A stretch of DNA of 31,398 bases from a virus. Below, one piece after another: positions 8,511-20,290 of the stretch (the stretch's first letter is position 1; each line of letters starts with the position of its first letter). The notes beneath the pieces are model-generated. The model was not told the DNA's origin and did no database searches. It saw only the letters and a list, made by a program, of their open reading frames with translations. A program made the translations under genes and the position numbers. The stretch lies in the IMG/VR virus record IMGVR_UViG_3300029251_000054, positions 1 to 31,398 of that record; one strand, 5' to 3'.

Positions 8511-8996
8511 ATGAATATTCAAGAATTAAAGTTCTCAAATTTAAGTGAGCTATTAAGGAAGTGAGGAGATCTTATAATTTCTCTTTATAGACAGGAATTA
8601 GTTAAAACCAGATCTGATGACACTGGAGCATTAGGTAATAGTTTAAACTATATAGTTGAGACTCAAGATGGAGACTATGAGGTTAATTTTAGCTTATTAG
8701 ATTATTGAGAATATGTTGAAGAAGGCAGAGCTGCTGGTAAATTTCCTCCATTATCTGATATAAAGAGTTGGATTAAAACTAAGCCAGTAATTCCAAGACC
8801 TTATAATGGCAAGTTACCTACTGTAGATCAACTTGCATATTTAATTGGAAGAAAGATACATCTTCAAGGAACTCAAGGTAAACATCCATTATCAAATACT
8901 ATAGAATATATAGAAAATAACTATATGGAACTTCTTGATGATGCAATTACAAAAGATTTAGAAACACAAGTTGATAATGTATTTAAAAACTTTTAA
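8511..8996 (+). CDS. Virion neck/tail-completion-like protein (161 aa, code 4), similar to the HK97 gp10 family
   Basis: ATG 8511 to TAA 8994-8996, through TGA 8562-8564 and 8706-8708. Motifs are TGALGNSLNY..., LLDY-W-EYVEEGRAAGKFPP and IKSWIKTK. It is entirely absent from the track. Confidence 0.6.
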
Positions 8997-8998
8997 AA

Positions 8999-11179
8999 AT
9001 GGCATTTATACCAAGTAAATTAGGAATATATAATGCATCAAGGAGTTTTCCTGTTAAATGGAATAATCCTGGATGGGGAATTACTGGAGAATATGATTAT
9101 TGGACTTGGGGAGATGATTATACTGAAGAAGGGCCTTTAGAGGTAACTATACAAGAGCCTAGTACTTCTGGATGTACAATACAATTTTTATCTCCTACAA
9201 CAATAACTACTGATTCTTCTACTGTATTTCATTTTTATCCTAGAGGTATTACTACTGCTTTATTAGGGGAAGATTTACCAATTAATTTACATAGTAAAGC
9301 TCCTGGATATTATCCTGCTAATGGCACCATTAAAGTACCAAATACTGGTGGAGAATATACAGTAGAGTATATATTAAATAGATCAGATATTATTAAATGA
9401 GATGCAGCAGTTGTTAATGCTACAGCTTTAGTTAATATGGAAGTTCTGGATTGAGATTCTTGCTCTATTAAGTTTAAAGTTACAGTAAGAGCTAATACTC
9501 AATGAAATACTGATTTAACTGCAACTATCCAATTAGGGGCTTATTATGATACTAATAAACTTATTAGTTATAGTTATGGCTTTAAGATTGAAAAGAGTAA
9601 TACTCCTGAAGATTTAAAGTTAGTAGTAACTCCTTCTTCTGGAACTTATGGAGCAGCAGCTTTTGTTACTGAAGAATTTCATTTAAGTACAACTAAAACA
9701 GAAGAAACTATTACTTCATTTAATGTTACCTGTCCACAAGCTAGTAATATTAAAAAGGATATTATTGATAACTACTTTGTATTAACTGTTCCAGAGAATA
9801 AAACTACTAATAATTTGGAGTTTAGTGCAATGGTTACTGCAACAACTTCTGGAGGTTATAATCTTGAAGCTACAGTTCCAATTAAACAAGCTGCAACGTA
9901 TTTAGTGATTCCTAATACTAATTATGAAGTAAGTTGGACTGCATCTACATTAAATATTATGGGAACAGGTTCTAATAACTTAGATGATGTTGTATTTAGT
10001 ATTCCTGTAGGTTGGATTAGTGGACAGAAGATAACTGTAAATTCTCAAGGTGTAGCAACTATTAGTTTGAACATTGCAGAAAATTCAGGATTATCTTCAA
10101 GAAAAGCAACCATTGGAGTATCTGTTATAAAGAATAGTTCAAGTATTATTAATTTATCTATTAATATTACACAATCTGTTAAATCTGATATATCTCCTAT
10201 TTGGAAAGATTATGTTTGGGAAGAAATTATCAGTTCTGATTTTATTGAATATCATCTAGATTATGCAGGAGAAATGGTGTATGCAGGTAAAGCTTATAAA
10301 TATCCTGAAACTGATAGAGTAGAGTTTTTATTAAATAATGTTGCTGAAAATTATCTATCTAACGGTATTATATTTAATACTTCTAAAACTATAATATCTC
10401 CAGAATATTTGAAACCATTTACATTAATAACTTCATCTGGAAATGAAAAACCAATTACTTTTTTCAATGATTGGAGTTATAAAGATAGAGATTTGACTAA
10501 AGGTACTATGTTAAGTGATCCTATTACTGGTTTAGTTGATCCAAGACAATATTTAGTAGCAAGTTGAATTTTACCAACTGGAACGGGAGTTGTTAATAGA
10601 TTTTTTTATGTAGATGGAACATCAACTGCTATAGATATTAGTTTAAATTCTGGAATTAATGGATATACATATACAGAAGATTTAAGCAATAAACTATGGC
10701 CTTGTGGGAGCTATTTAATAGTAGGATTTGTAGAAGACGGAAATATTAGTGATAGACAGATTAGATATGATATAGATACTACAGGTAAAGATTATGTGTT
10801 ATATTATACTAATTCAGCAGGAGGGTGGGATTCATTACTTGTTGAGGGTAATGTTAAAAAGAATGATGAGATTAAATCTGAAACATATACTCGCAAGGTA
10901 TTAAATACATCTCAAGAATTTGCAAGGAATAAGTATTTAAATACTATAACTTCAAGCTGGATTCTTTATACTGGTTATTTAAATGATATTCAAGCTTCTA
11001 AGATGTTTAATCTAATTGAGAGTACCAAAGTATATTTGCATAATCTTAAAGATAATACTATTACTCCAGTATTAATTACAGATACAAATTGTGAATATAA
11101 AACTTATACTAATCAAGGTAAGAATAAGTTCTACTATACAATTAATGTAGAAGCTTCTCAAGCTACTTATCGTAAATAA
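8999..11179 (+). CDS. Large tail/virion protein with Ig-like (BACON-like) repeats (726 aa, code 4)
   Basis: Track ORFs 8999..9400, 9815..10567 and 10796..11179 share one frame. I checked the gaps codon by codon and they contain only TGA (9398, 9452, 9503, 10565), with no TAA or TAG. The repeated signature ..N(I/T)..N.....R.A.I.V (AENSGLSSRKATIGVSV) is present. Confidence 0.8.
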
Positions 11180-11181
11180 TT

Positions 11182-14100
11182 ATGAGAAAGAATATTAAAT
11201 TATTTATTGCAGGAAAAGAAGTACATTGTTCTGAAGGCATATCATTATCAATGACTTATACTGTAGAAGATTTTCAGAATCCAACAATAGTAAAAAATTC
11301 ATTCAGTAAGACTATAAGCATTCCAGGAGACAAAAATAATAATAAGATATTTGGAGAGATTTATAAGTTAGATAGATTTCTTCATATAAAAGAAGGTAAT
11401 TTCTCTGGAGTATATTTTGATCCTTCAAAAAGAGTTGACTTTGGAATCTATAATAATGGATATTTAGTTGAATCAGGATATATGCAGTTAAATAGCATCT
11501 CTATAAAGCAAGCAGTTATTACTTATAATATTACTTTATATGGAGGATTGGGAGATTTCTTTTATGGACTTAAATATAAAGAAGATGGCACTATTAGAAC
11601 TCTAGCTGATTTACAATACTTTGTAACTGGTGAAGATGGTAATGTACTTCCTACCGATACTGAAATGAATTTCTACATTAATAAAGATTTTGTAAATACT
11701 TGTTTTAATTGGAGTAAAGTAAATGACGGAAGTCAAATTTATGATTTTTTAACATTTATTCCTGCATATAACGGTTTATATGAAAACTTTGATAATGAAA
11801 CTTGTTTAATAAATACTAATGGAGATAATTTATTTCCTACTAGTAAGACCGATTCAGGAACTACATACACACCTTATAATGGATATGGATTAGCTAAATT
11901 AAATAGAGCATATACAGAATGGGAGATGAGAGACCTTAGAAGTTATATGCAAAGGCCAGCATTAAAATTAAGTAAGTTAATTGAAACTATATGTAGAAAA
12001 GAGAATTCTGGATACGATGTTATAATGGATCAAGATTTCTTTAATTATTCAAATCCATATTGAAATAAAGCGTTTGTTGCATTACCTTTACTAGGATCTA
12101 CTGAAGATGAAGAATCAGATAATATTACAGAGAATGCTAAACTTACTAAATATAATGATTTGTTTTGGTGTGGATTAAAACCTGGAGGAACAACTACTTC
12201 AGTAAACTGAGGAAGATTTAGTGTTACAGGGAGTGATGTAATAGTACCTGGTGAAGGACAAGTAATTGATTTATCTGCAACTCCAGCTAATACTCTTGTT
12301 AATATTAATGTTGATTTTCAGTTATTCTATAATGCAAATGTTTCTGCAGGTAATGATTTATACCTATCCTATGTATTAAATGGAAGATATGGAAATGCAG
12401 ATTATACAAATCATCCTTATAGAACCTCAGTAACAGCCCAAATATTAATATATGATGCTGAGGATACTGGAAGTAAACCTATTGCATATTCTCCTTTATA
12501 TAACTTTACAAATAAAATAAATACTCAAGTTCAATCTGGGCCTGGCACTTGGTTTAATTATTATCCATTAACTGATGCACCTGTAGAAGCTATTTATGGG
12601 CATTTTGTAAAAGATAGTGGAAATAGGTATTATTTCAAAAGTGATAATAATACTAATACTTTCAGATTTACTGTAAAAGATATGCCTAAAGTTAATAAGA
12701 TTTTAGTAAATATACAAATTGCAAGAAGAACTGAAAATTTATATAACCAAGATGCTGTATGACAGTCAGATAATATGCATCCTAATAATGTCACAGCAAA
12801 TAGAGTTGCTGGATGGTCAGAATTTTTATATGATGAAGATCAATATACGCTAAAAGCGTCTTGGCCTTCAGCAGTTACTTCTGATGCTTTAATTACTAAG
12901 CAGAAATTATTAAAGACAGAACAATCTCCTGCTGATTACTTATTAAGTTATGCAAAACTATTTGGATTATATTTTACAAAAGATATTGATAGTAAAACAA
13001 TTAGAATATATACTAGAAATAATTTCTTTAAGAATATAATCTCTGATTGGAGTAAAAGGATTGATTATTCTAAAGACTTCAATGTAAATCCAATATTATT
13101 TGATAAGAAGTGATACACTATGTCATTAGAAACTCCAGAAACATATTATGCCAAGAAATATGATAGACAATATGATATAGATTATGGTCAGCAAAGATTA
13201 AACACTGGATATAATTTTAATAGTGATAATACTGATTTATATTCTGGAAATATATTTCAAAATGTAGTATCAGCAAGAGATGCAGATAAGTATTTTAGAA
13301 ATTTCTTTAATTCTGGAAATACTTATGTACCTGCATTTATGAATGATAATATTACATATAGTTTATTTAATAGAACTTCTACAGAAGTAAAGACTAATGA
13401 TCAGGATTTATATGGAGCTAATTTTATAGACCAAGGTAAGACTACAGAATGGTGGGATGTTCCTGGAAATGATATATTTGCAAAAACTTGTTTTTATACA
13501 TTAGATAATAATGAACAAAGTCTTGAAGAGATAAAAAGTACTTTATTATTTTATAATGATGATGTTAATATGAAAGATATAAATGGTAATCCTATTTATT
13601 ATTGGATTACTGATGATGTTACAGAAATGTCAGTTCTTAATGATGGAGAACCTTGTTATATCTATACTAATAGTGAAAATAATTCTGCAGGACAAAAAAT
13701 AGCTATTAGAAGAAACATATTACCACAATTTATAAGATACACTATTTCTAGTAATTTTATATCTTCATCTTGAGATTTTGGGGTTCCAAGAGAAATATAC
13801 ATTGATAAAGTTAGTTATTTAGAACAATCTACTTTATATAGTAGATTCTGGAATGAGTTTTATAATGATCAATTTGATGTAAATACTAAAAAAGTTACCT
13901 GCTTTGTAAGATTGGATGATTTAGATGTTAAGTATGATTTACTTAGACAGTTCTATTATTTTGAAGATTCTTACTGAATACTTAATAAGATTGATGCTTA
14001 TGATATTAATTCAGATTCTACAGTTAGATGTGAATTTATTAAAGTTCAAGATATTAATAGTTATTTAGCTGGAGTTCAAAATTTAGGTGAGTATATATCA

Positions 14101-14616
14101 TTTGACGATTCAGATCCAATAGTAGATTATAAAGCTGGGACTAAAAAGATTACAGTTACTTCTAATATTCCTTGAGAATTAGGATGATATAGTCCAAATG
14201 AAATTGTAAGCATTACACCTGAATCTGGGCAACCTGGAGAAACAGAATTAACAGTTACTTATAATGAGAATACTAAATATGACCAAAGAAGTTTCTACTT
14301 TAGTCTTTATAAACAAGGAGGCGTAGGTAGTCCTAAATGTATGTTTACTCAAACTCCAGACCCAAATAAAGCTATTCTTATTACAGGCAAATTAGAAACT
14401 CCAAGTGGCACTATACCAACTGGGGTAAATCAGATACTTACAGAAAACGATAACTTCTTGAATGTGGCTTATATGCAGGATAATGGAAATTATAGAATAT
14501 ATGCTCAAAAAGGTGTTCAGTTTAAATTTGAAGTGACTGATGAACCTACAGGAACAGTTAAATATACAGAGAATTTAACACTAACAGAAGATACTGTTAA
14601 AAATATTACAATCTAA
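11182..14616 (+). CDS. Large tail-tip/baseplate or fibre protein (1144 aa, code 4) with a C-terminal BACON-like domain
   Basis: Track ORFs 11182..12063, 12775..13113, 13120..13773 and 14341..14616 share one frame. Checked codon by codon, the gaps contain only TGA (12061, 12208, 12760, 13111, 13771, 13975, 14173, 14185). The sequence ..ITVTSNIP-W-ELG-W-YSPNEIVSITPESGQPGETELTVTYNENTKYDQRSFYF has the BACON pattern. Confidence 0.8.
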
Positions 14617-17375
14617 TGGCACAAACAGAAATTAAAAAAGTAATTAGTATTGATACTAAGTCAAGTAATAAGTCAATAAACTCTTTAAAGAAAGATATTG
14701 ACGCATTATCTAATTCGCTGAATGATTTAGAGATTGGTACTAAGGAATATAATGAAACTCTTTCATTACTTGGTAAGAGACAATCAGAATTCAATAAAAT
14801 TAATGAGCAGATAGCAAGATCTTCAAGAACTACTGCTCAAAGGTTTGAAAGTGTAGCTAAAATATCCACTGGTTTGGCCAGTGGATATGGAGCTGCAACA
14901 GCTGCCATTACTTTATTTGGGAAAGAATCTGAAGATTTAACTAAAGTAATGGTTAAGTTACAGTCATCTATTGCATTAGTACAAGGTATTGGAGGTATAA
15001 AAGATTTATTAGAAGAATTGCCTACTTTAGGTAATTGGTTTAAGAAATTAACTGATTTTATCTCTCCATTTAATACAGGGTTGAATAATGCTGCCAAAAA
15101 TCTTAATCAGATTGATGCATCTAAGCTTAATGGCATTGGCACATCTGTTGGTAATGTTGGAACTGAATTAGGTAATATCTCTAAAGTAGTCAAGGATTTA
15201 GAAGGCACCAATATTAATTTTAAAGGAGGTATGATTCAAGGAGTAATGGGCACTCCTGCTGAAATATCTGCTACTAATAAGAGTGTATCTAATACGATTC
15301 CGATTATAGGTAAATTAGGAGAAACTGCAAAAAAGTCCTTTGAAGAAGTAAAACCTACATTTACTACAGTTGCTGAATTTTTAAAGGAAGCAGCAAAAGA
15401 GACTGGAACTCCAGCAGAGAGAATGCAGAAAGCTGCTAAACGTTTAGGTGTAGATCTTGCTGAATTAAAGGAAAATGTAGAAAAAGGCATTCCAACTTTG
15501 CGAAAAGGGGCAGAGGCTCAGAAAGCAATGGCTGAAGCTTCAGAACAAGCTGCTTCTGGAGTAGGTAAAGTTAAAACTGCACTTAAAACTATTGGTAATG
15601 TAACTGTATGAATTGCATTAGCTACAGCTATTGGATTAGCTATTAATAAGATAATAGAGTATATATCCTCAATAAAATCAGCTGAAAAGGAGGCTGCTGA
15701 ATTTAGAAAGTCTATTACAGATACTACTAATCAGATTGCTTCTAAATCTATAGCTATCTTTAGAGAGTTACAAATAGCTTACGAAAGGGTTGGAGATTCT
15801 GCAGATGCTAAGCGTAAGTTTATAGAGCAATATTCCGATAAGATTAAAGAGACTGGTTTAAATATCACTGATGTAAAGACTGCAGAAGATGCGTTTGTAA
15901 ATAATACTGGTAATTATGTAGAAGCATTAACTGCAAGAGCAAAAGCTCAGGCTATTGAACAGGCTGCAATTAAGCTTTATGAGGAGTATTTAAATAAACG
16001 TACTGAACTGGAGAATCAAATTTCTGATACAAGTTTTGGAGAGGCATCTGCTTGGCAGGCTTTTAAAGCTACAGCAATGTTCTGAAAAGATTATTCAAAT
16101 ACAATTTATGAGTATACAAAGCAAAATAAAGAGAATACTTATAAACAGTTGGATGATTTAAATAAAGACATTGAGAAAAGGATTAAAAAGCTATTTGAGG
16201 ATGTAGCAGATACTAATAAAAAGTATGGTGGGTTCTTTAATATTCCAACTATTACAAAGAACACTACTGAAGCTAAGAAGGTAATAAATGAATTTGATGA
16301 ATGGCTTCAAAAGAGATTAGAGGATAAAGACCCAGTAGATGAACTTGAAGATGAATATATTAGACTATTAGCATTAGCTATTAAGTATAATAGGGGAATT
16401 GAAGAGGTAGAAGCTTGGCATCAAGAAGAGCTGAAGAAAATTAGAGATAAGGCTAGAGAAGATGAAGAAAATGCAAGAAAAAGTGCTGCGGATAAAGCTT
16501 GAGATGATCTGCAGACTGAGTTAAAAAGAATGCGCGAGGCAAGGTATGATGTAAAAGATACATCTTTAGAAATTCCTAAAACTCAATATACACAAGGATT
16601 TGCCAAAATATTTGGATTAAGTGGTGAGTTCTCTTATTCAAGCAAAAAAGACATAGAGGGATATAAAGATCGTTTATTAGGAACAGATACTGAAGAAGGT
16701 TCTATAGATAAATATCATAATCAAATAAAAACAAGATTGGAGGAGCAGAAGTCTTTTCTATTAAAACAATTAGAAAATGAGACTTTAACAGCTGATCAGA
16801 GAAAACTTATTAAACTAGAATTAGATTCTATTGATGAGCAATTAACTGAAAATGAAATAGACAGAGAAAATAAGAAAAACAAAGTTAGAGAAAATGTTAA
16901 TAAGCAATATCAAGAATCTATAAAAGCTCGCCTTGATCTAGCATCAAAGGTTGCAGGAAGTATGGCAACTATATGAGGAGAGGAAAGTAAAGTAGGTAAA
17001 GGATTCGCAACAGCTCAAGCTTTAATTGATACATATAGTGCAGCTAACAGTGCTTATTCTGCAATGGCTGGTATTCCAGTTGTAGGTCCAGCTTTAGGTG
17101 CTGCCGCCGCTGCCGCAGCAATTGCAGCTGGTATAGCTAATGTTAAAAAGATCTGGGAAGTAGACGAAACTAGTGGAGCATCTGCATCTTCTGCTTCTGC
17201 ATCTATTGCAGCACCTGCTGCTTTAAATACTGCTCCTGTAGAATATACTCGAAACTTACTTGGAGATAAAGAAACTGACCTTTTAAATGAACCTGTTAAG
17301 TGTTATGTTGTTGAATCTGACATTACTTCAGCTCAAACTAAAGTTGCAGTTACTGAATCTAATGCTTCATTCTAG
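14616..17375 (+). CDS. Tail tape measure protein (919 aa, code 4)
   Basis: Track ORFs 14616..15611, 16149..16502, 16530..16976 and 17064..17375 share one frame, joined through TGA 15609, 16083, 16500 and 16974. The protein is long, alpha-helical and Ala/Gln/Lys/Glu-rich. It has Gly/Ala-rich hydrophobic segments (GLASGYGAATAAITLFG, GIPVVGPALGAAAAAAAIAAGIA). It ends in TAG at 17373-17375. Confidence 0.8.
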
Positions 17376-17385
17376 AAATGTTTAA

Positions 17386-17435
17386 TGTAACTTTTTTATT
17401 CTTATTAACTACAAAATATGAGTAAAAAGGTTACA
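17386..17435 (-). repeat. 50-nt dyad-symmetric intergenic element, copy C (inverted relative to copy B)
   Basis: The reverse complement tgtaacctttttactcatattttgtagttaataagaataaaaaagttaca matches copy B exactly over the first 22 nt. It lies between the TMP stop (17375) and the protease ATG (17488). Confidence 0.6.
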
Positions 17436-17487
17436 TTAGATATTCTAAAAATATTACAAATTTATAAAGTGCTATATATTAATAAAA

Positions 17488-18081
17488 ATGGAAATTACTT
17501 ATAATGATCTTCCATTATTTCAGGCAGTGATTACTGATGATTGTGATGGAATAGAATATGTTGCTTTAACAAGTAAACCAGCTACACAAGTTAACTGGGT
17601 TGCTTTTAGTAATTCTCAGAAGTTCTCAATGGATGAAGATAAGCATTTAGTAACATCTTGCTTAATGTTAAGTGATACTCCAATTTTCAGACGAGATGAG
17701 AAACTCGGAGAATACTACATACAGTATGATAAGGAAACTCTTCGTAAAATGGCAGAGAAGATGCTGTATGATAAGAGAACTACAGATGTAAATATTGAAC
17801 ATTTAGAAGATTCTGATTTAAATGGAATTACTCTACAAGAAATCTATGTAAAGGATATTAATAGAGGAATATCTCCAGTTGAATTCCAGGATGTTCCTGA
17901 TGGTTCTTTATTTGCCACTTATAAAGTAGATAATCAAGTTATTTGGGATGCAATTAAAGCTGGTAAGTTTAAAGGGTTCTCAATTGAAGGTTTATTTACT
18001 TTAGAGAGAAAGTCTGATGAATATGACGAAATAAAAGAGATCCTTAATATGATTAAGAAGATAAAAAGAGTTAAACATTAA
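17488..18081 (+). CDS. XkdF-like prohead (maturation) protease, 197 aa
   Basis: Family-typical motifs are VALTSKPATQVNWVAF, VNIEH and PDGSLFATYKVDNQVIWDAIKAGKFKGFSIEG. It lies upstream of the scaffold and capsid genes. It has no TGA. Confidence 0.7.
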   Translation: MEITYNDLPLFQAVITDDCDGIEYVALTSKPATQVNWVAFSNSQKFSMDEDKHLVTSCLMLSDTPIFRRDEKLGEYYIQYDKETLRKMAEKMLYDKRTTDVNIEHLEDSDLNGITLQEIYVKDINRGISPVEFQDVPDGSLFATYKVDNQVIWDAIKAGKFKGFSIEGLFTLERKSDEYDEIKEILNMIKKIKRVKH

Positions 18082-18094
18082 AATTATTAATTAA

Positions 18095-18697
18095 ATGAGC
18101 AAATTCACAAGAATCAAGCTTGAATTGGCTAAAATGCTTGCAAAGTTCAGTGATATTAAAACTGATAAGGCAGTACTTACTTGGGATTCAGATGAAGACT
18201 TACGCGCTGGTATGGATGTATATGTTCAGGATGAGAACGGAGAATACAAACCTGCTGAGGATGGTGAGTATGTAACTGAGGATGGAAAGACAATTGTTGT
18301 TAAAGACGGTAAAGTAGAGTCTGTAACTGATCCTAAAGCTGAGGTTGATCCAGAAGAAGCAGCTAAAGCAGAAGTTGATGCTGCTTGTGGAAAACGCAAG
18401 GTAGAAACTGCTGAAGAGCCAGTTGATCCTGAAGTAGCTACTGATGGTGACAAAGAAACTGTAATTGATGCAATTCATCGCGAAATTAATGAGCTTTATG
18501 ACATTGTTGATAAGCTTGTTAAGAAAGTAGCTGAATTAGAGGGTAAATCTGAAGCTACAGAAAAGACGGTTGAAAAGATGAGCAAAATGAGTGCTGCATT
18601 TTCAGCTGAGGAACAGATAGAAGGTAAAGCTTCAATAATGACTGGCAATCCTGTTATTGATAAAAAGCTTAAAAATATCCAAGGAATGTTTGAGTAA
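18095..18697 (+). CDS. Scaffolding protein (200 aa)
   Basis: Acidic, helical and low-complexity (..EDGEYVTEDGKTIVVKDGKVESVTDPKAEVDPEEAAKAEVD..). It lies between the protease and the capsid gene. It has no TGA. Confidence 0.65.
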   Translation: MSKFTRIKLELAKMLAKFSDIKTDKAVLTWDSDEDLRAGMDVYVQDENGEYKPAEDGEYVTEDGKTIVVKDGKVESVTDPKAEVDPEEAAKAEVDAACGKRKVETAEEPVDPEVATDGDKETVIDAIHREINELYDIVDKLVKKVAELEGKSEATEKTVEKMSKMSAAFSAEEQIEGKASIMTGNPVIDKKLKNIQGMFE

Positions 18698-19335
18698 TGT
18701 ACCATTATATTTATGAAATTCAGCCTTTAATGCCTGGATGGGAAAACACTTACTATATAGGCAAGCATAGTACTGATGAAGATCCATTTAATAATAGCTA
18801 TGCAGGAAGTGGCACTATTCTTACTAATTACTATAGTAAATATGGCAAGATTAAAGATGTTACTTACAGAAAAGTTATAATTGAATTTAATGATTCTTCA
18901 AAAGATAATGCTTTAAGAGAAGCTGATATTATAGGCGATTGTTATAACACCGATAAGAGATGTTTAAATCTTAAACCAGGAGGTTATGGAGGAATGACTC
19001 CAGAAATAGCTATTAAAATATCAGAATCTTGCAAAGGTCGTAATCCCTGAAATAAACACAAAACGGGAGTATATAATGCTGAAACTACAGAAAGACTTAA
19101 AAATATAGCTATAAATAGAGAGTTTACTTCAGAGACAAGAAAAAGGATGTCTGAATCTCATATAAATAAAGGTACTAAATCAATCATTATGCTAGATTTA
19201 GAAGGAAATATAATTAAAACTTATCCTTCAATTAAAAATGCTGTTTTAGATGGATACTGTAAAAGCTCTATTCTTAGAGTATTAAACGGAAAATATAAAC
19301 AGCATAAAGGTAAAATATTTAAGTATAACAATTAA
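18697..19335 (+). CDS. GIY-YIG homing endonuclease #3 (212 aa, code 4), inserted between the scaffold and capsid genes
   Basis: Its ATG overlaps the scaffold TAA. The N-terminus is YIYEI...YYIGKH. Track ORFs 18697..19050 and 19147..19335 share one frame, joined through TGA 19048-19050. NUMOD3-like repeats are present (SESCKGRNP-W-NKHKTG, SESHINKG). Confidence 0.8.
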
Positions 19336-19349
19336 AAAAATTTTTAAGT

Positions 19350-20252
19350 ATGGCAAACCCCGTAATGACGAGTTTAACTAGTTACGTAGAACAGCGCAGG
19401 CTTCCATTGATAAAAGAGGCTGTATTAAAGGCTAAGAGTGCTTCGTTGTTCAATCTTCAAACTGACATCAAAACTAGTGCTGCTCTTAACCTGTTATCAA
19501 CTGCTATTCAGTTTGGCGATGGCCTAGCTTGTGGTTGGGATGAAGCTGGAACTCAGACTCTTTCTCAGAGAATTCTGGCTACTGGTAATATTAAGATCAA
19601 TATGGCATATTGTGATAAAGAGATGCTTAAATACTGGACTCAGTATCAAGTACGAGTAGCTGCTGGTCAGAAGACTCTTCCTTTTGAAGAGGATTTCGTA
19701 AATGCAGTAGTTGAGAACGTTAAGGCTGCTATCGAGACTGCTATTTGGCAGGGTGATACTACTTCTGAAACAAATAACCTGAAGTATTTTGATGGTCTGT
19801 TAAAGATCTTAAAAAATGCTGAAGGTACAGTTGATGTAGTAATTACTGGAGCATCTGTTTATAATGACATTATGGCTGTTTATAACGCTATTCCTGAGAA
19901 GGTTCTGGATGGTGCTTCTATCTTAGTTGGTAGTGATACTTTCCGTAAATTTATCCAGGAGTTAGTTGCTAAGAACTACTACCACTATAGTGGTGAGAAT
20001 CTTAATGGTGAGATTATGCTTCCTGGTTCGCAGGTTAAAGTAATCGCTGTTAATGGTCTTAATGGAACTGATAAGATTGTTGCTGGTCAGTTAGATAAGA
20101 ACTTCTTCTATGGTTGCGATATGATGAACGATGAAGAGAAGTTTGAATTGTGGTATTCACAAGATTTCCGCGAATTTAGATTAGCTATTGAATTTAACGC
20201 TGGCGTACAGGTTGCATTCCCTGATGAGGTAGTTCTTGGTGCCAAAGCCTAA
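19350..20252 (+). CDS. Major capsid protein (300 aa)
   Basis: The call rests on position after the protease and scaffold, on size, and on capsid-like sequence features. The gene is visibly richer in G/C than its neighbours and uses different codons. It has no TGA, and all 4 Trp codons are TGG. Confidence 0.75.
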   Translation: MANPVMTSLTSYVEQRRLPLIKEAVLKAKSASLFNLQTDIKTSAALNLLSTAIQFGDGLACGWDEAGTQTLSQRILATGNIKINMAYCDKEMLKYWTQYQVRVAAGQKTLPFEEDFVNAVVENVKAAIETAIWQGDTTSETNNLKYFDGLLKILKNAEGTVDVVITGASVYNDIMAVYNAIPEKVLDGASILVGSDTFRKFIQELVAKNYYHYSGENLNGEIMLPGSQVKVIAVNGLNGTDKIVAGQLDKNFFYGCDMMNDEEKFELWYSQDFREFRLAIEFNAGVQVAFPDEVVLGAKA

Positions 20253-20290
20253 TTTCAATAGAGTTTAACTTTAAATAAGATTGAAATTAT

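Noticed and set aside
14606-15490. Minus-strand track ORFs 14606-14794, 14837-15097 and 15236-15490
   Set aside because: They are antisense shadows inside the tape measure gene. The plus-strand frame is continuous and protein-like.
18200-18705. Minus-strand track ORFs 18200-18478, 18226-18453 and 18496-18705
   Set aside because: They are antisense to the scaffold gene. Ser/Phe/Leu-rich mirror translations of a Glu/Lys/Ala-rich gene are a typical artefact.
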